Below the pieces are notes generated by a model that searched no databases, had not been told where the DNA came from, and saw nothing but the letters and a program-made list of their open reading frames with translations. A DNA stretch of 63,169 bases, counting the filler, from an uncultured bacterium (GTDB taxonomy: Bacteria; CAZDME01; JAYEMH01): the NCBI GenBank assembly GCA_964506785.1. It is 8 parts of 8 records of this genome, joined end to end, with 100 filler letters (N's around TTAATTAATTAA, not from the genome) between each part and the next. Parts side by side here need not be neighbours in the genome. Positions count along the whole stretch, not along the records: positions 25,441 to 33,345 come from CAZDME010000059.1; positions 33,446 to 41,042 come from CAZDME010000060.1; 6 more parts are not named here. One strand, 5' to 3'. This document shows positions 31,412 through 41,142 of the stretch, piece by piece. Positions within the stretch are counted from its first letter, which is position 1. Every line of letters begins with the position of its first letter. The position numbers and the translations under genes are program-made.

Positions 31412-31949
31412 TTTTTTTATAGAAGGAAAGGACGGTCTGGCCGTAAACCTTTCGACGGGCAAGAATCAAACCTTCTAATCTAGAAGGAACAATATCCTTC
31501 TTACTATGTTCTACAATCGTAGTAGAAAACCCCGATACTATACCACATATATACAGATTATGCAAGATTTTTTCTATGGGATAAGCGCTATAGGGAGGAT
31601 CCAAGAATATATAATCGAAAGTAGACAGGAGTTTTTTTATTGCTTGTCTGAAGGAAAGATTATAAACCTTCACCCCTTTAGAAAAGCGACAATTTTCCAG
31701 GTTTTTGCGGATGTAATCGGCATTTTGGACATCCTTTTCCACAAACATAACTGGCTTTGCCCCCCGGGAAAGGGCCTCGATGCCAATACTGCCTACTCCG
31801 GCAAAAAGGTCAAGAAAAGACTTCCCTCTCAAATCCTGGCCTAAAATATTAAAAAGAGAATCTTTTACCCTATCAGCGGTAAACCGGGTTTTTCTCCCTT
31901 TGGGCGTAGAAAGGATTCTTCCTTTAGCCAGGCCGGCAATTACTCTCAT
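31377..31949 (-). CDS. rsmD: 16S rRNA m2G966 methyltransferase
   Basis: MRVIAG, LDLFAGVG, EALSRGA, FLDPPY. Confidence 0.95.
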   Translation of the reverse strand: MRVIAGLAKGRILSTPKGRKTRFTADRVKDSLFNILGQDLRGKSFLDLFAGVGSIGIEALSRGAKPVMFVEKDVQNADYIRKNLENCRFSKGVKVYNLSFRQAIKKLLSTFDYIFLDPPYSAYPIEKILHNLYICGIVSGFSTTIVEHSKKDIVPSRLEGLILARRKVYGQTVLSFYKKNEKSRHLSRKF

Positions 31950-31958
31950 TAGGAATAA

Positions 31959-33345
31959 CTATCGTTTATTAACTGATAACGATTGCATCCAATTAAAAAG
32001 CCTTTGCTCAAGTTCATAGGCAAGCTTATTTTCTTTCTCAAGTAAATTATTCAATTCATTCGGATCATCATTTAGATTATATAACTGGCGTTTCCCTGTA
32101 TCCATCGAATAAATAAATTTCCAACCGTCGTTTGTCCGCAGGCAGCGCTTAAAATAATTAAGCAGGTAGTCGGTCTCCGAAAAAACATCCAAGGCGCGAG
32201 AGCTTCCCTCCATCAAAGGAATTAAGCTTTGCCCTTTCATCTGTCTCTCGATTTTATCACCGCAACTTACATTTAACAAATCCAACACCGTAGGCATAAT
32301 ATCCATGGTACTAACCTGAGTTTCTACTGCCCTGCCTTTCTCCCCCGGGATTTTAATTATCAAAGGGACACAAATCAATTCATCGTAGAGGCTGTATCCA
32401 TGGTCAAACCTTTTATGTTCATAAAACTCGTTGCCGGAGGCAGAAGAAATAACAATTATGGTTCTGTCGGTTATTTCTAAATCATCAAGGGTTGCAAGAA
32501 AAACCCCCAATTTTCTATCAGCTTCATATATCTTCCCGTCATACCAATCGCGCCAGAAGGTTATGTCTTTAGCGCTCATTTCGATATCTTCGCTATCCAA
32601 ACTTAAGTTGCGCAAATCCCAGTATTCATCAGGTGTCCCTTTGTATTTCCCTTTATAATCTGGGTCACTAAATTTATTTCTGAAACTTTCCGGATGCTGA
32701 TAACGCCCATGGACATCATAAGCCTGGATAAAGAGAAAAAACTTTTGATTCTTTTGCTTTTTAAGCCAGTCTAAAGCCATAGGTAAAACCAGATCGAATC
32801 CGGCAAAGGTGGTTTTATCGTAATAAAGGTCGAAACCTAAATTATAACCGAACATACCGTTAATGCCGGCATCTCCGGTAAAGCCGGCAGTAGAATAGCC
32901 GTTTTCTTTAAGAATTTGCGCCAGCGTAATAACTGAAGGGGAAAGCTTTGACAAATTAGAGATAGTATCTTTTTTATCTTTAGAAACGGTATATTTATTC
33001 AAAATCTTATGCTGACTCGGATATAAAGAAGTAAACCAGGACATAAATACCGGCAGAGTCCAGCTGGAAGGACTTATGGCATTTTTAAAGAAAAATGACT
33101 TTTTTGAAAGTTTATCAAAATTAGGGCTTGTAGTTCGAAAATAGCCATAGGAAGCAAGGTGTTTTGCCCCCAGGGGGTCAAATCCGATAATAATCAAATT
33201 ATAATCTTTAAAATTAGTTTTCCTGCGGCCGGTTTTTTTTAGATTATTTCTTTTCTTCTTAATACTAATAAATTTCCCTTTGCCGGTTTTAGGTTGTTCT
33301 TGAAATTTAACTGAGCGGAATATATTTAAAATTTCTTCTTTTTTA
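31959..33345 (-). CDS. Sulfatase-like/alkaline phosphatase superfamily protein, 5'-truncated
   Basis: SSWTLP...FTSLYPSQH, YDGKI, HGYSLYDE, LYNLNDDPNE; lacks the canonical [CS]xPxR formylglycine motif. Confidence 0.85.
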
Positions 33346-33445
33346 NNNNNNNNNNNNNNNNNNNNNNNNNNNNNNNNNNNNNNNNNNNNTTAATTAATTA
33401 ANNNNNNNNNNNNNNNNNNNNNNNNNNNNNNNNNNNNNNNNNNNN
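33346..33445. other. Artificial contig linker 4
   Basis: N-run with TTAATTAATTAA. Confidence 0.99.
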
Positions 33446-33500
33446 TGAGCAAATATACCCTAATCGAGTGGTTTTAAATAGAAAAGGAAAAGAAGTAATT

Positions 33501-33653
33501 TCAGCTAAGCAAATGCATACAGGGAGCTGCAGTTTTACAGAGCAACCCCATATCTCCCCAGACCGTATCACAAACGGCCGAGAGCACTTCTATCTCTTTC
33601 TCATAAACAATTTTAGGCTGGAGATATTTCTTTAAAGTTTTCTTTCTCTCCAT
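33501..33653 (-). CDS. Putative RiPP precursor, 50 aa (not in ORF track)
   Basis: Hand translation MERKKTLKKYLQPKIVYEKEIEVLSAVCDTVWGDMGLLCKTAAPCMHLLS*; GAGGT RBS; starts 1 nt after the rSAM stop; YxxPxI leader motif. Confidence 0.85.
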   Translation of the reverse strand: MERKKTLKKYLQPKIVYEKEIEVLSAVCDTVWGDMGLLCKTAAPCMHLLS

Positions 33654-33654
33654 T

Positions 33655-34686
33655 TTAAGCCACCTCTTTCTCCTTTAGTCTTTCCTCTGTAACTTTTTTC
33701 ACTATTTCAGCTACCTCGCAGGCACGGCTTGATTTCCCCCAGAGATTTCCGTCTTCCATCTGAGCTATTCCATAGCAGCGGCTACAATACGGGATTAAAA
33801 GACATCCCTGGCAGTCACTTAAAAAGCTTATTTTTCTTTTTCGCAATTTCTCTAATAAAGGCGCCCTTTGTAATTTATCAATTGAATCCTCAAGAATATT
33901 ACCAATCTTTTCCCTTATCCCTACACAGGGAAAAACTTCGCCTCCGGGCGAGATAGCGAAATTATTAACTCCGGCGTTACAAAAAAGAGAGTTCGTAGAT
34001 TGGGAAGAAAGGCATTCTAAATTCATCGGCCGGCTGCGGATAAATTCCTCTAAATCTTTACCGGTCAGGCGTTTTTCTATCGGGACTAAAGAACCATCCC
34101 TTCGGGGAGCGATATTAAAATCATAGATAAATTTAGCCTCAAGATTTTGGCTTAATTTTTCCACCTCCTTAAATTCCCCCAAATTTTCCTTTAAAACCAT
34201 ACACTTTAAGGCTATATTTATGTTTTCTTCCTTTAATCTAAAGAGCGCCTTAAAGGTCTTATCGAAGGAACCTTCAACCTGGGTAATCTTATCGTGGGTA
34301 CTGGATTTTATTCCATACAGACTAACCTCAACCGATAAAGGATGGATTTTCTTTATCTCTTTGATTATTTCTTTACTTAGCCGGGTGCCATTAGTAAAAA
34401 TTCTCTGGGCAAAGCCAAGTTTATAGGCAAAGCGGATAATCTCTAAAAAATCCTCCCGGCAGAGAACTTCGCCGCCGCTCCAGATTAAAAATAAAGCATT
34501 AGCCCGCGCCAATGCCGAAAGAATCTCCTTAACCTTCCTTGTGTCCAATTCCTGCTTTCCATCTTCGGGTATTACATAACAATGCTGGCATTTAAGGTTA
34601 CAGCGATAAGTCAACTCCCAATGGATAATGAAAGGAATTTTTTGCTCAATGGTTTTTCCAAAAATTTTACTATAATAATTCACCAT
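33655..34686 (-). CDS. Radical SAM/SPASM peptide maturase
   Basis: CNLKCQHC, SGGE; SPASM CNAG...GEVFPC...CQGCLLIPYCSRC...C. Confidence 0.94.
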   Translation of the reverse strand: MVNYYSKIFGKTIEQKIPFIIHWELTYRCNLKCQHCYVIPEDGKQELDTRKVKEILSALARANALFLIWSGGEVLCREDFLEIIRFAYKLGFAQRIFTNGTRLSKEIIKEIKKIHPLSVEVSLYGIKSSTHDKITQVEGSFDKTFKALFRLKEENINIALKCMVLKENLGEFKEVEKLSQNLEAKFIYDFNIAPRRDGSLVPIEKRLTGKDLEEFIRSRPMNLECLSSQSTNSLFCNAGVNNFAISPGGEVFPCVGIREKIGNILEDSIDKLQRAPLLEKLRKRKISFLSDCQGCLLIPYCSRCYGIAQMEDGNLWGKSSRACEVAEIVKKVTEERLKEKEVA

Positions 34687-34687
34687 T

Positions 34688-35008
34688 TTATTCTTTTACC
34701 TTATCTGCCATTTTCTTGCTAATCAGGACAGCAATGAATTCTTTAGTATCGGTAAGGGCTTTACCCTTTGAAACCTCAAATTTCTGAGTGAGTGCCCGGG
34801 AAATCTCTGAAATTTTATTTTTCCCGTCAATGGCTTCCCAGATAAACGAACCCGCCTCATTTAACACCCTCACCATGCCTGCCTCCGGCAGAACTATCAC
34901 CGCTTCTCCATCAATGATTCTGGAAGCCGCTCCCGGAGATTTCCTGAGCACCGAATTTTCGTCCAAATTCTTTAAAATATGGGGCAATTTATTAAGTTTA
35001 TCAGCCAT
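34688..35008 (-). CDS. PqqD-family RiPP recognition element
   Basis: SRIIDGEAVIV...LNEAGSFIWEAIDG...LTQKFEV...D...FIAVL. Confidence 0.92.
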   Translation of the reverse strand: MADKLNKLPHILKNLDENSVLRKSPGAASRIIDGEAVIVLPEAGMVRVLNEAGSFIWEAIDGKNKISEISRALTQKFEVSKGKALTDTKEFIAVLISKKMADKVKE

Positions 35009-35017
35009 CGGTATAAC

Positions 35018-35046
35018 AGTTTAACAGGGATAGGAAAAGCTGTCAA
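35018..35046 (-). promoter_or_regulatory. sigma70 promoter for the PqqD-rSAM-precursor operon
   Basis: TTGACA-N17-TAAACT with extended TGn. Confidence 0.65.
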
Positions 35047-35064
35047 GGGAAACGGAATCATCTA

Positions 35065-38000
35065 TTAACGGGCGGCTAAGAAAAGCTTGTTGAAAATAAG
35101 GGTTATTTTCTCCATTAATTTCCTAACTGCCTTTCTGACTGCATAAGGCAGTTTCTCAAAATTTTCTTCTGCCATTTCTAATTGCTTTTCCAGGTTTTTC
35201 TTTAAATCTCTATTTTCACGAATTACTTTATCCATTACCTCAGCGGCCGAAATACCTTTTACTTCCTTCTCCATCATCTTCTCATACTTCTCCTTCAGTT
35301 TATTTACGTAAGAAGCAAGCTCTGCTTTGCCCGCTTCCTTAGAATCCGATAAAGATTCCATCTTTTTACCCAGTGATTCTAAAAGCCGGGTCATACCAGA
35401 TTTAGGAGCCAAAGAGGTTTTCCCCTTCTTAGTTGCTTTTTTCTTCCGGGGCTGACGGAGAGAATTCAAAGAATCCTCCGTTTCTTCTTCAGAAATCTCC
35501 TCTTTCTCTTCCGATTCTTCAATAACCGCCGGTTTGGGCTTAACTATCTCATCAATCCTGACTGCCGGGGCCGAAATTTCTCCGGCTCTCTTTGCTTCTC
35601 CAGATATGGCGGAAAGAAAATGTGTCTTGTTTTGTTCATCAAATTCGCGTATAGCCCTGGCAATTCTATCTACGGAAATATCAGGATTCGTTATTTTTTC
35701 CTGTAAGCTTTTTATCTGGTTAAGCTTCTCGGCAACTCTCTGAAGAAGCTGGCTAGCCGCTTTTTTAGCGTCTAAAGTAGGCTTTATCTGTATAGATCTT
35801 ATATACCTTAACTTCTCTTCAACAATTTCAAGAAGGCTTTTAACTTTCTTCTTGGAAGTTGTTTCTTCCTCATTTTCGGCAGGGCTGCTGCTTCCCGCAT
35901 CTTCTTCTTCGCTTTCATCTTCAGGGGCATTAACAACGGTGGTAGAAATATCCCCCAAAGCGGGCTGAGAAATCGGCAGCTCTAAAGCCGGGTCACCAAA
36001 CAAACAATAGGTTTGAATTAAATCTTCGTAGATATTTCCTGTTTCGGCAAAAAGTTTAATCTTGGCCTGGGTGGTAGCCGCTCCCAGGGAACGGTGGTAA
36101 TCCTCAAAAACGGCCTGGAACAGGCCTTGATTTAGCACCCGATGCCCCTGCGGCTCACCCATACCCGTCGGAGACCAGCAGGCAATAGCACCTTTTTCGG
36201 CTGGCAAAAACATTGCTTCAGCCAGACAATCCCCAAAGGGCTGAATAAAGAAACCATTCAGACAATTCATGGTAATGACAAAAGGATACTTTCCCAGATT
36301 ATTGATAGATTCCAGGTGGTAGCTCTGGAAAATGTATTCTGCCGCCCAGATATCAATAGAGCCATGGCCGACGTAATTAAGTATCAAGCTCCCTTTATCG
36401 AACTGCTCAATAATATCTTCGGTGCAAGCCGCCGGCGTCTCATACTGGCTTAGATAAACCTTAGCCGTTTCATAATCAGCCGGCAGGATACTTTGAAGTA
36501 AATCGTTGGTTTCTTCAAACACTGTCTCGTCATTATCCGCCACAAAGACCACCCGTTTTTCCCATCCGGTAAAAGCAGCCGCTTCATAACTAAATATCTT
36601 ATTTACCGCCTGGGTAAGTTCTTCTTCGGTTTTGACCGAAAATCTTCCCAGAAACATATCCGGCAGTAAATCATCCTCGCCATCCAAACAGACAAACCAG
36701 TTATCACTGGCTGTTTCGCCTAAATAGGGAGTAACCATAAGATAAGAGGGCAAGATATTTTTATCCCCCCGTCCCCAATAGTATTTATAGTCATAGGTGG
36801 CATCCCCCACCAAAAGCACATAGGTAGGCGCCGGCTTCAGCCAGTATTTATATGTGAAAGTCAGAAAATCCTTAATGGCATGAGGGGAGGCAATACCAAA
36901 GTTAAACTCATCATAGATATCCTCTAATTTCACTACTTTAACCGCTAATCCCTGGGCCGCTCTTAACTCGGCTAAAGGTAAAATTTCCTCATAAAAAGCC
37001 TCCGGGGTGATAAATAGATAATCAGCCTGTTGAAAGATTACCTGCAGGCTTGACGGTTCATTTTCCTCGATTGCCGCCGCTTCTTTAATCTTATCTTCAG
37101 TTAAAGCCAGGCCTTGAGAAAAGTCAGCGGCAAAATTAAAGGTATGATTAGCGCCTTCAACCTCCACCAGGCTGGGCGCGCCCAAATAAACGGGTGAAAG
37201 GGAATTACTGATATCATAAAGTTTAACCTCTGGTTGACTGAAATTGGAAATCTGGATAGTCGCTTCAGCTTCTGAATTGGTAAAGGCGCATTCATCCTCT
37301 TCAGCCATAAATTTCTTCCAGTACTTTATATCAAAATAGTCAACCAGGATTAAATCATAGGCACAGCCGGTATCCAGCACAGGAAGAATAGTTACGGTAT
37401 TTGTCCCTTCATTAAGATAACTCTGCGGAAAATCTATGGTTAACGTTTGAACCGCGCGCCCGTCCCAGGTAGTTTCAATTAACAGATGGTCATTTAGATA
37501 AAGATAGACATGGTGATTGGGATGCGGCTCAACATCAAAAAATCCCCAGAGAACGATTTCTATCTGCGCCGGATTATCAAGATTCTCCACATCAATGTTA
37601 GCCAGGTTAAATGATATCTCTCCGCCTGAGCCGCCCCAGAAATATTTCTGCCAGAGCCAGCGCTCCTGTTCATTATCGCCGGGTTGCTCGCCCCAATAGA
37701 GGCTGTTCGTTTCCTCGTGGTGGATGGCACCGAAACTATAGAGAGGGGCGCCTAATCCCATCTGGACAGAATTTTCTTCCATCCTTAAACCCTGGCCGTC
37801 AGTATTAACCAGCCAGTAAACATTGGTATCAGTATATTTAGTTTCTTTCTTCTCTCCGTAGAATTCCACATAGTCGCTGGAAGAGAAACTTAGAGAATCA
37901 GCGCTGACCACCCGGATAGCCGTCTCTTCTCCGGATTGGTAGAGTTTAAGTTCAAGAGGATTAATTTGAGAGAGGTCTATGCCGGCCGCTTCTAAATCGG

Positions 38001-40866
38001 CTCCGGTCAGGCGGTAAATGCCGTCTTCCTTGACGGAAATTTTAGCCGCCATTTGGGCAAAACTGGCCTCAGGATTAAGCATCCCACTCCAGCCTTCGGG
38101 GAAACCCTGCCATTCAGCGGCATTGGAATAATTAGCTACCAAGTTCCCGACAATATCCTGAAATTCATCCAGTGTTTCATCGGTAACGATTTCTTCTCCG
38201 CCTTCCTGATAGGTGAATTTGAGTTTAACCTTTATCCGTTTATTCAAGGTTACTTCTTGAATGGCAGAATTATACTGAATTGGCGAGAAAATAATCTGGG
38301 CTACCCGCTGACTGCGCAGGCGGCTGATGGAATTAATATCCGCAACTGCCTCCGGATAAAGGCTGTCTTCAACAATAAGTTCTTCTCCGATAGCCGGGGC
38401 TAAAAGGTAGCCGGAATAGGAGAAGGGTTCAGTCTCCAAAATCTCCAAACTTAAAGAAGCTCTTTGGGGAACAGCTAAGAGAACACCTTTAATCGGCACT
38501 AGAGGGCGATTCTCTTCATTGGTCTCGCCATGAATATATCCGGGCAGGGTAATGCGCTGATAGGTATCTTCACCAACGGTTTTTTCTTCAACTTCAAACC
38601 TTCTGGTATATAATTCTAAGATTATGCCGTCTGCATCTAAAGAAAGAATCTTCACCCCTTCAAAAGCGCCTTCGTCTGTCTGGGTGTTAGTTCTTTCATC
38701 CCGTAAAGGACTGGTCCCGGCCAGAAATTCCTCCAAATTAGTCAAACCGTCATTATCCGGGTCTAAACTGCTGTCGCTCGTGTAAGGGTCAAGGCCGTAA
38801 AACTGCTCCCAGTCATCGGTCATACCGTCACCGTCAGAATCCTGTCCCGGACGGGCCATTACCGGGCCGTAGAATCTGGAAGAACCATTATATTCCACCG
38901 CTTCTAATTTGTAATAATAGATTTCGCCGTTTAAAACGTTGTAGTCGATATATGAATAGGATTTACCGGTAGTGGAATCTCCCAGTCCCGGAATCAAAGC
39001 CCGGTTAATCTTTATATATTCGGTGTTTTCACCCGGGTCAGTGCTTACCCTCTTTCTATAGATGTTGTATCCGGCGCTGTTAACCTCACTGGCGGTTTCC
39101 CAGATAACCTCTACCTTGCCGAAAAGGCCCAGGGCCTTAAACAGGGTTAACTTAACCAGGGTGGGCGTAAACCAATTGAGGGTGTTGCCGCCGTCAGTAG
39201 AATCAGAAGGGTTTATATAAGTGCTGTTTAAATTAGCCGAATTAGAGACGTTGACATAAGAAACACTCCAGGTAGTCGTCCCTGAAGGATAGATTTCCCA
39301 TTTGTCAGTGCCGCTTCCGTCGTAGCGGTCAAGGGTAATTTCGTTACCGGAGGTACCGGTAAGCGTCAAACTATTATCATCTGTGCCGGTTATCTTAGCC
39401 TGCTCCCAGGTTTTAAATTTCAGCGAAGAGCCGGCGGTAGCCGCCGTAAATTTTTCAGTAATAAAGCCATCGGCGAAACTAGCCGTATCGTTAGTAAGAG
39501 TAACCACTAAATGACTCCAGTTAGAACCACCCGAGGTAATTGTGCGTCCCCTAGTCCCATCAATGGTCACGGTTGAAGTGCCGCAGGTAAAGGTTCCAGT
39601 ACTGGTCCAGTCTCCAGCAGTATATATATTGGTGGCGGAAGAATCTGAAGCAAGGGTTCCGGCAAGAATCACATCGCCGTTAATATCCAGGGTAGAGCTA
39701 CTATTAAAAGTTAACTGACCTCCGGAACTGATCGTCAAATCAGGGGGATTGGCCTCACCCTCAAAGGTAATTAAACTGTCGTTGCCGGAATTGTAGGAGG
39801 CTTTAATCCAGGCGGCCGAACGAGAGATGTCAGAAATGCGGACTTCGTCTAATTTGCCATCAAGATATGCGTACCCATTTATATATCCGAGATAGTTATA
39901 CCCATCTGATGTAGCTATAGTACTACCAGAAGTTGTATCTGTTGAACCACTTGTGCCATTTGAAAACGGTGTGCCGGTGTCACCATTCCAATTAAAAGCA
40001 AAATTTCCCCAGCTAGTGGATGCTGTAGATCCTAGTATCAAATCGTTTACACCAGCATTGGTTTCCATATAGAGACTTATTGAAGAGGCAGCATCAACTC
40101 CCCAGACCCACGGAACTCTTTGCCCATCATCACCAAAAGCAATAATTCCTTGATGCCCACTAAATGGCAAACTATCTGCTTTTAACCAAAACTCAATGCA
40201 CATACCATTTTTAGCATTAAGGACTGGGTTAATAGTGATTGTATCACTACTAAAATCCTGCGCATTTCCTATTTGTCCTGATGTGATAACCTGTGGGTTA
40301 TTTGCAGAGCCTTTTGTCCCATCGTTATTATTAGAAGTAGAATCCAGAATGCTGCTTGTGGTATTATCATCCATATGGTAAACCACCTTAAAACTACCAT
40401 CCCAGACATTTTCCGCCGGGGTGGAATTTGTATCCCCTACATAGGTAGTATTATCGGCATGGTCGGAGTCATAATATAGGTAAAGAACGGTATCGCTGCT
40501 ACTGCTTACGCTATTCTCTCCGAACACCTTGACCCAGAGCCAGGCTTTCTCATTGGCATCATCCCACTTTTCAATTTCTACATAACATTGGGATAGACCA
40601 TCGGATTTAGTTACGGCTATTTTCTTGCGGTTGGCATCGGCCGTCAGCTCATCAAAAACGCAGGATACATCGACATCGCCGATACCAGAGGCGGCACTAA
40701 GATAGACCAAAACCGGGAAATCAGATAAATTTGCATCAACCTTGCTACTGTCAATGGTTAATCTGATCCGCTGGTCCCATCCAGGAAGCCAGTCCGCTTC
40801 TGCCGGAGAAGCCGCCAGCAATATAAAACCAACACAAATTGTCAATCCAACTACCCGCTTAATCAT
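35065..40866 (-). CDS. 1933-aa secreted multidomain C25 (gingipain-like) cysteine peptidase
   Basis: Signal peptide; DUF2341-like and LamG-like (DEVRIS) N-terminus; DSDGDG/DPDNDG Ca-binding repeats; DIYDEF, YVLLVGD, YVGHGS and MNCLNG catalytic dyad, LFGDPAL; charged helical tail. Confidence 0.9.
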   Translation of the reverse strand: MIKRVVGLTICVGFILLAASPAEADWLPGWDQRIRLTIDSSKVDANLSDFPVLVYLSAASGIGDVDVSCVFDELTADANRKKIAVTKSDGLSQCYVEIEKWDDANEKAWLWVKVFGENSVSSSSDTVLYLYYDSDHADNTTYVGDTNSTPAENVWDGSFKVVYHMDDNTTSSILDSTSNNNDGTKGSANNPQVITSGQIGNAQDFSSDTITINPVLNAKNGMCIEFWLKADSLPFSGHQGIIAFGDDGQRVPWVWGVDAASSISLYMETNAGVNDLILGSTASTSWGNFAFNWNGDTGTPFSNGTSGSTDTTSGSTIATSDGYNYLGYINGYAYLDGKLDEVRISDISRSAAWIKASYNSGNDSLITFEGEANPPDLTISSGGQLTFNSSSTLDINGDVILAGTLASDSSATNIYTAGDWTSTGTFTCGTSTVTIDGTRGRTITSGGSNWSHLVVTLTNDTASFADGFITEKFTAATAGSSLKFKTWEQAKITGTDDNSLTLTGTSGNEITLDRYDGSGTDKWEIYPSGTTTWSVSYVNVSNSANLNSTYINPSDSTDGGNTLNWFTPTLVKLTLFKALGLFGKVEVIWETASEVNSAGYNIYRKRVSTDPGENTEYIKINRALIPGLGDSTTGKSYSYIDYNVLNGEIYYYKLEAVEYNGSSRFYGPVMARPGQDSDGDGMTDDWEQFYGLDPYTSDSSLDPDNDGLTNLEEFLAGTSPLRDERTNTQTDEGAFEGVKILSLDADGIILELYTRRFEVEEKTVGEDTYQRITLPGYIHGETNEENRPLVPIKGVLLAVPQRASLSLEILETEPFSYSGYLLAPAIGEELIVEDSLYPEAVADINSISRLRSQRVAQIIFSPIQYNSAIQEVTLNKRIKVKLKFTYQEGGEEIVTDETLDEFQDIVGNLVANYSNAAEWQGFPEGWSGMLNPEASFAQMAAKISVKEDGIYRLTGADLEAAGIDLSQINPLELKLYQSGEETAIRVVSADSLSFSSSDYVEFYGEKKETKYTDTNVYWLVNTDGQGLRMEENSVQMGLGAPLYSFGAIHHEETNSLYWGEQPGDNEQERWLWQKYFWGGSGGEISFNLANIDVENLDNPAQIEIVLWGFFDVEPHPNHHVYLYLNDHLLIETTWDGRAVQTLTIDFPQSYLNEGTNTVTILPVLDTGCAYDLILVDYFDIKYWKKFMAEEDECAFTNSEAEATIQISNFSQPEVKLYDISNSLSPVYLGAPSLVEVEGANHTFNFAADFSQGLALTEDKIKEAAAIEENEPSSLQVIFQQADYLFITPEAFYEEILPLAELRAAQGLAVKVVKLEDIYDEFNFGIASPHAIKDFLTFTYKYWLKPAPTYVLLVGDATYDYKYYWGRGDKNILPSYLMVTPYLGETASDNWFVCLDGEDDLLPDMFLGRFSVKTEEELTQAVNKIFSYEAAAFTGWEKRVVFVADNDETVFEETNDLLQSILPADYETAKVYLSQYETPAACTEDIIEQFDKGSLILNYVGHGSIDIWAAEYIFQSYHLESINNLGKYPFVITMNCLNGFFIQPFGDCLAEAMFLPAEKGAIACWSPTGMGEPQGHRVLNQGLFQAVFEDYHRSLGAATTQAKIKLFAETGNIYEDLIQTYCLFGDPALELPISQPALGDISTTVVNAPEDESEEEDAGSSSPAENEEETTSKKKVKSLLEIVEEKLRYIRSIQIKPTLDAKKAASQLLQRVAEKLNQIKSLQEKITNPDISVDRIARAIREFDEQNKTHFLSAISGEAKRAGEISAPAVRIDEIVKPKPAVIEESEEKEEISEEETEDSLNSLRQPRKKKATKKGKTSLAPKSGMTRLLESLGKKMESLSDSKEAGKAELASYVNKLKEKYEKMMEKEVKGISAAEVMDKVIRENRDLKKNLEKQLEMAEENFEKLPYAVRKAVRKLMEKITLIFNKLFLAAR

Positions 40867-40888
40867 TTTGAATCACCCTGCTTACTTC

Positions 40889-40919
40889 AAAAACTTGCAC
40901 CTCGTAGGTGCAAGTTTTT
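40889..40919. terminator. Perfect 14-bp inverted repeat (bidirectional terminator or REP-like)
   Basis: AAAAACTTGCACCT-CGT-AGGTGCAAGTTTTT. Confidence 0.7.
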
Positions 40920-41041
40920 TAAGGATTTATGGTTAATTTAGAGCTATTGTCAATGGTCGCCTCTCCATCACTGCTTATAATAACCCCGAAATTAGATGGA
41001 GTAAAATTTCTTGTCTCTGGGGCCCAGGCATTATCATTTCC
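40919..41041 (-). CDS. C-terminal fragment of an upstream gene
   Basis: Open frame GNDNAWAPETRNFTPSNFGVIISSDGEATIDNSSKLTINP* from the contig edge. Confidence 0.55.
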   Translation of the reverse strand, partial: GNDNAWAPETRNFTPSNFGVIISSDGEATIDNSSKLTINP

Positions 41042-41042
41042 T

Positions 41043-41142
41043 NNNNNNNNNNNNNNNNNNNNNNNNNNNNNNNNNNNNNNNNNNNNTTAATTAATTAANN
41101 NNNNNNNNNNNNNNNNNNNNNNNNNNNNNNNNNNNNNNNNNN
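41043..41142. other. Artificial contig linker 5
   Basis: N-run with TTAATTAATTAA. Confidence 0.99.
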
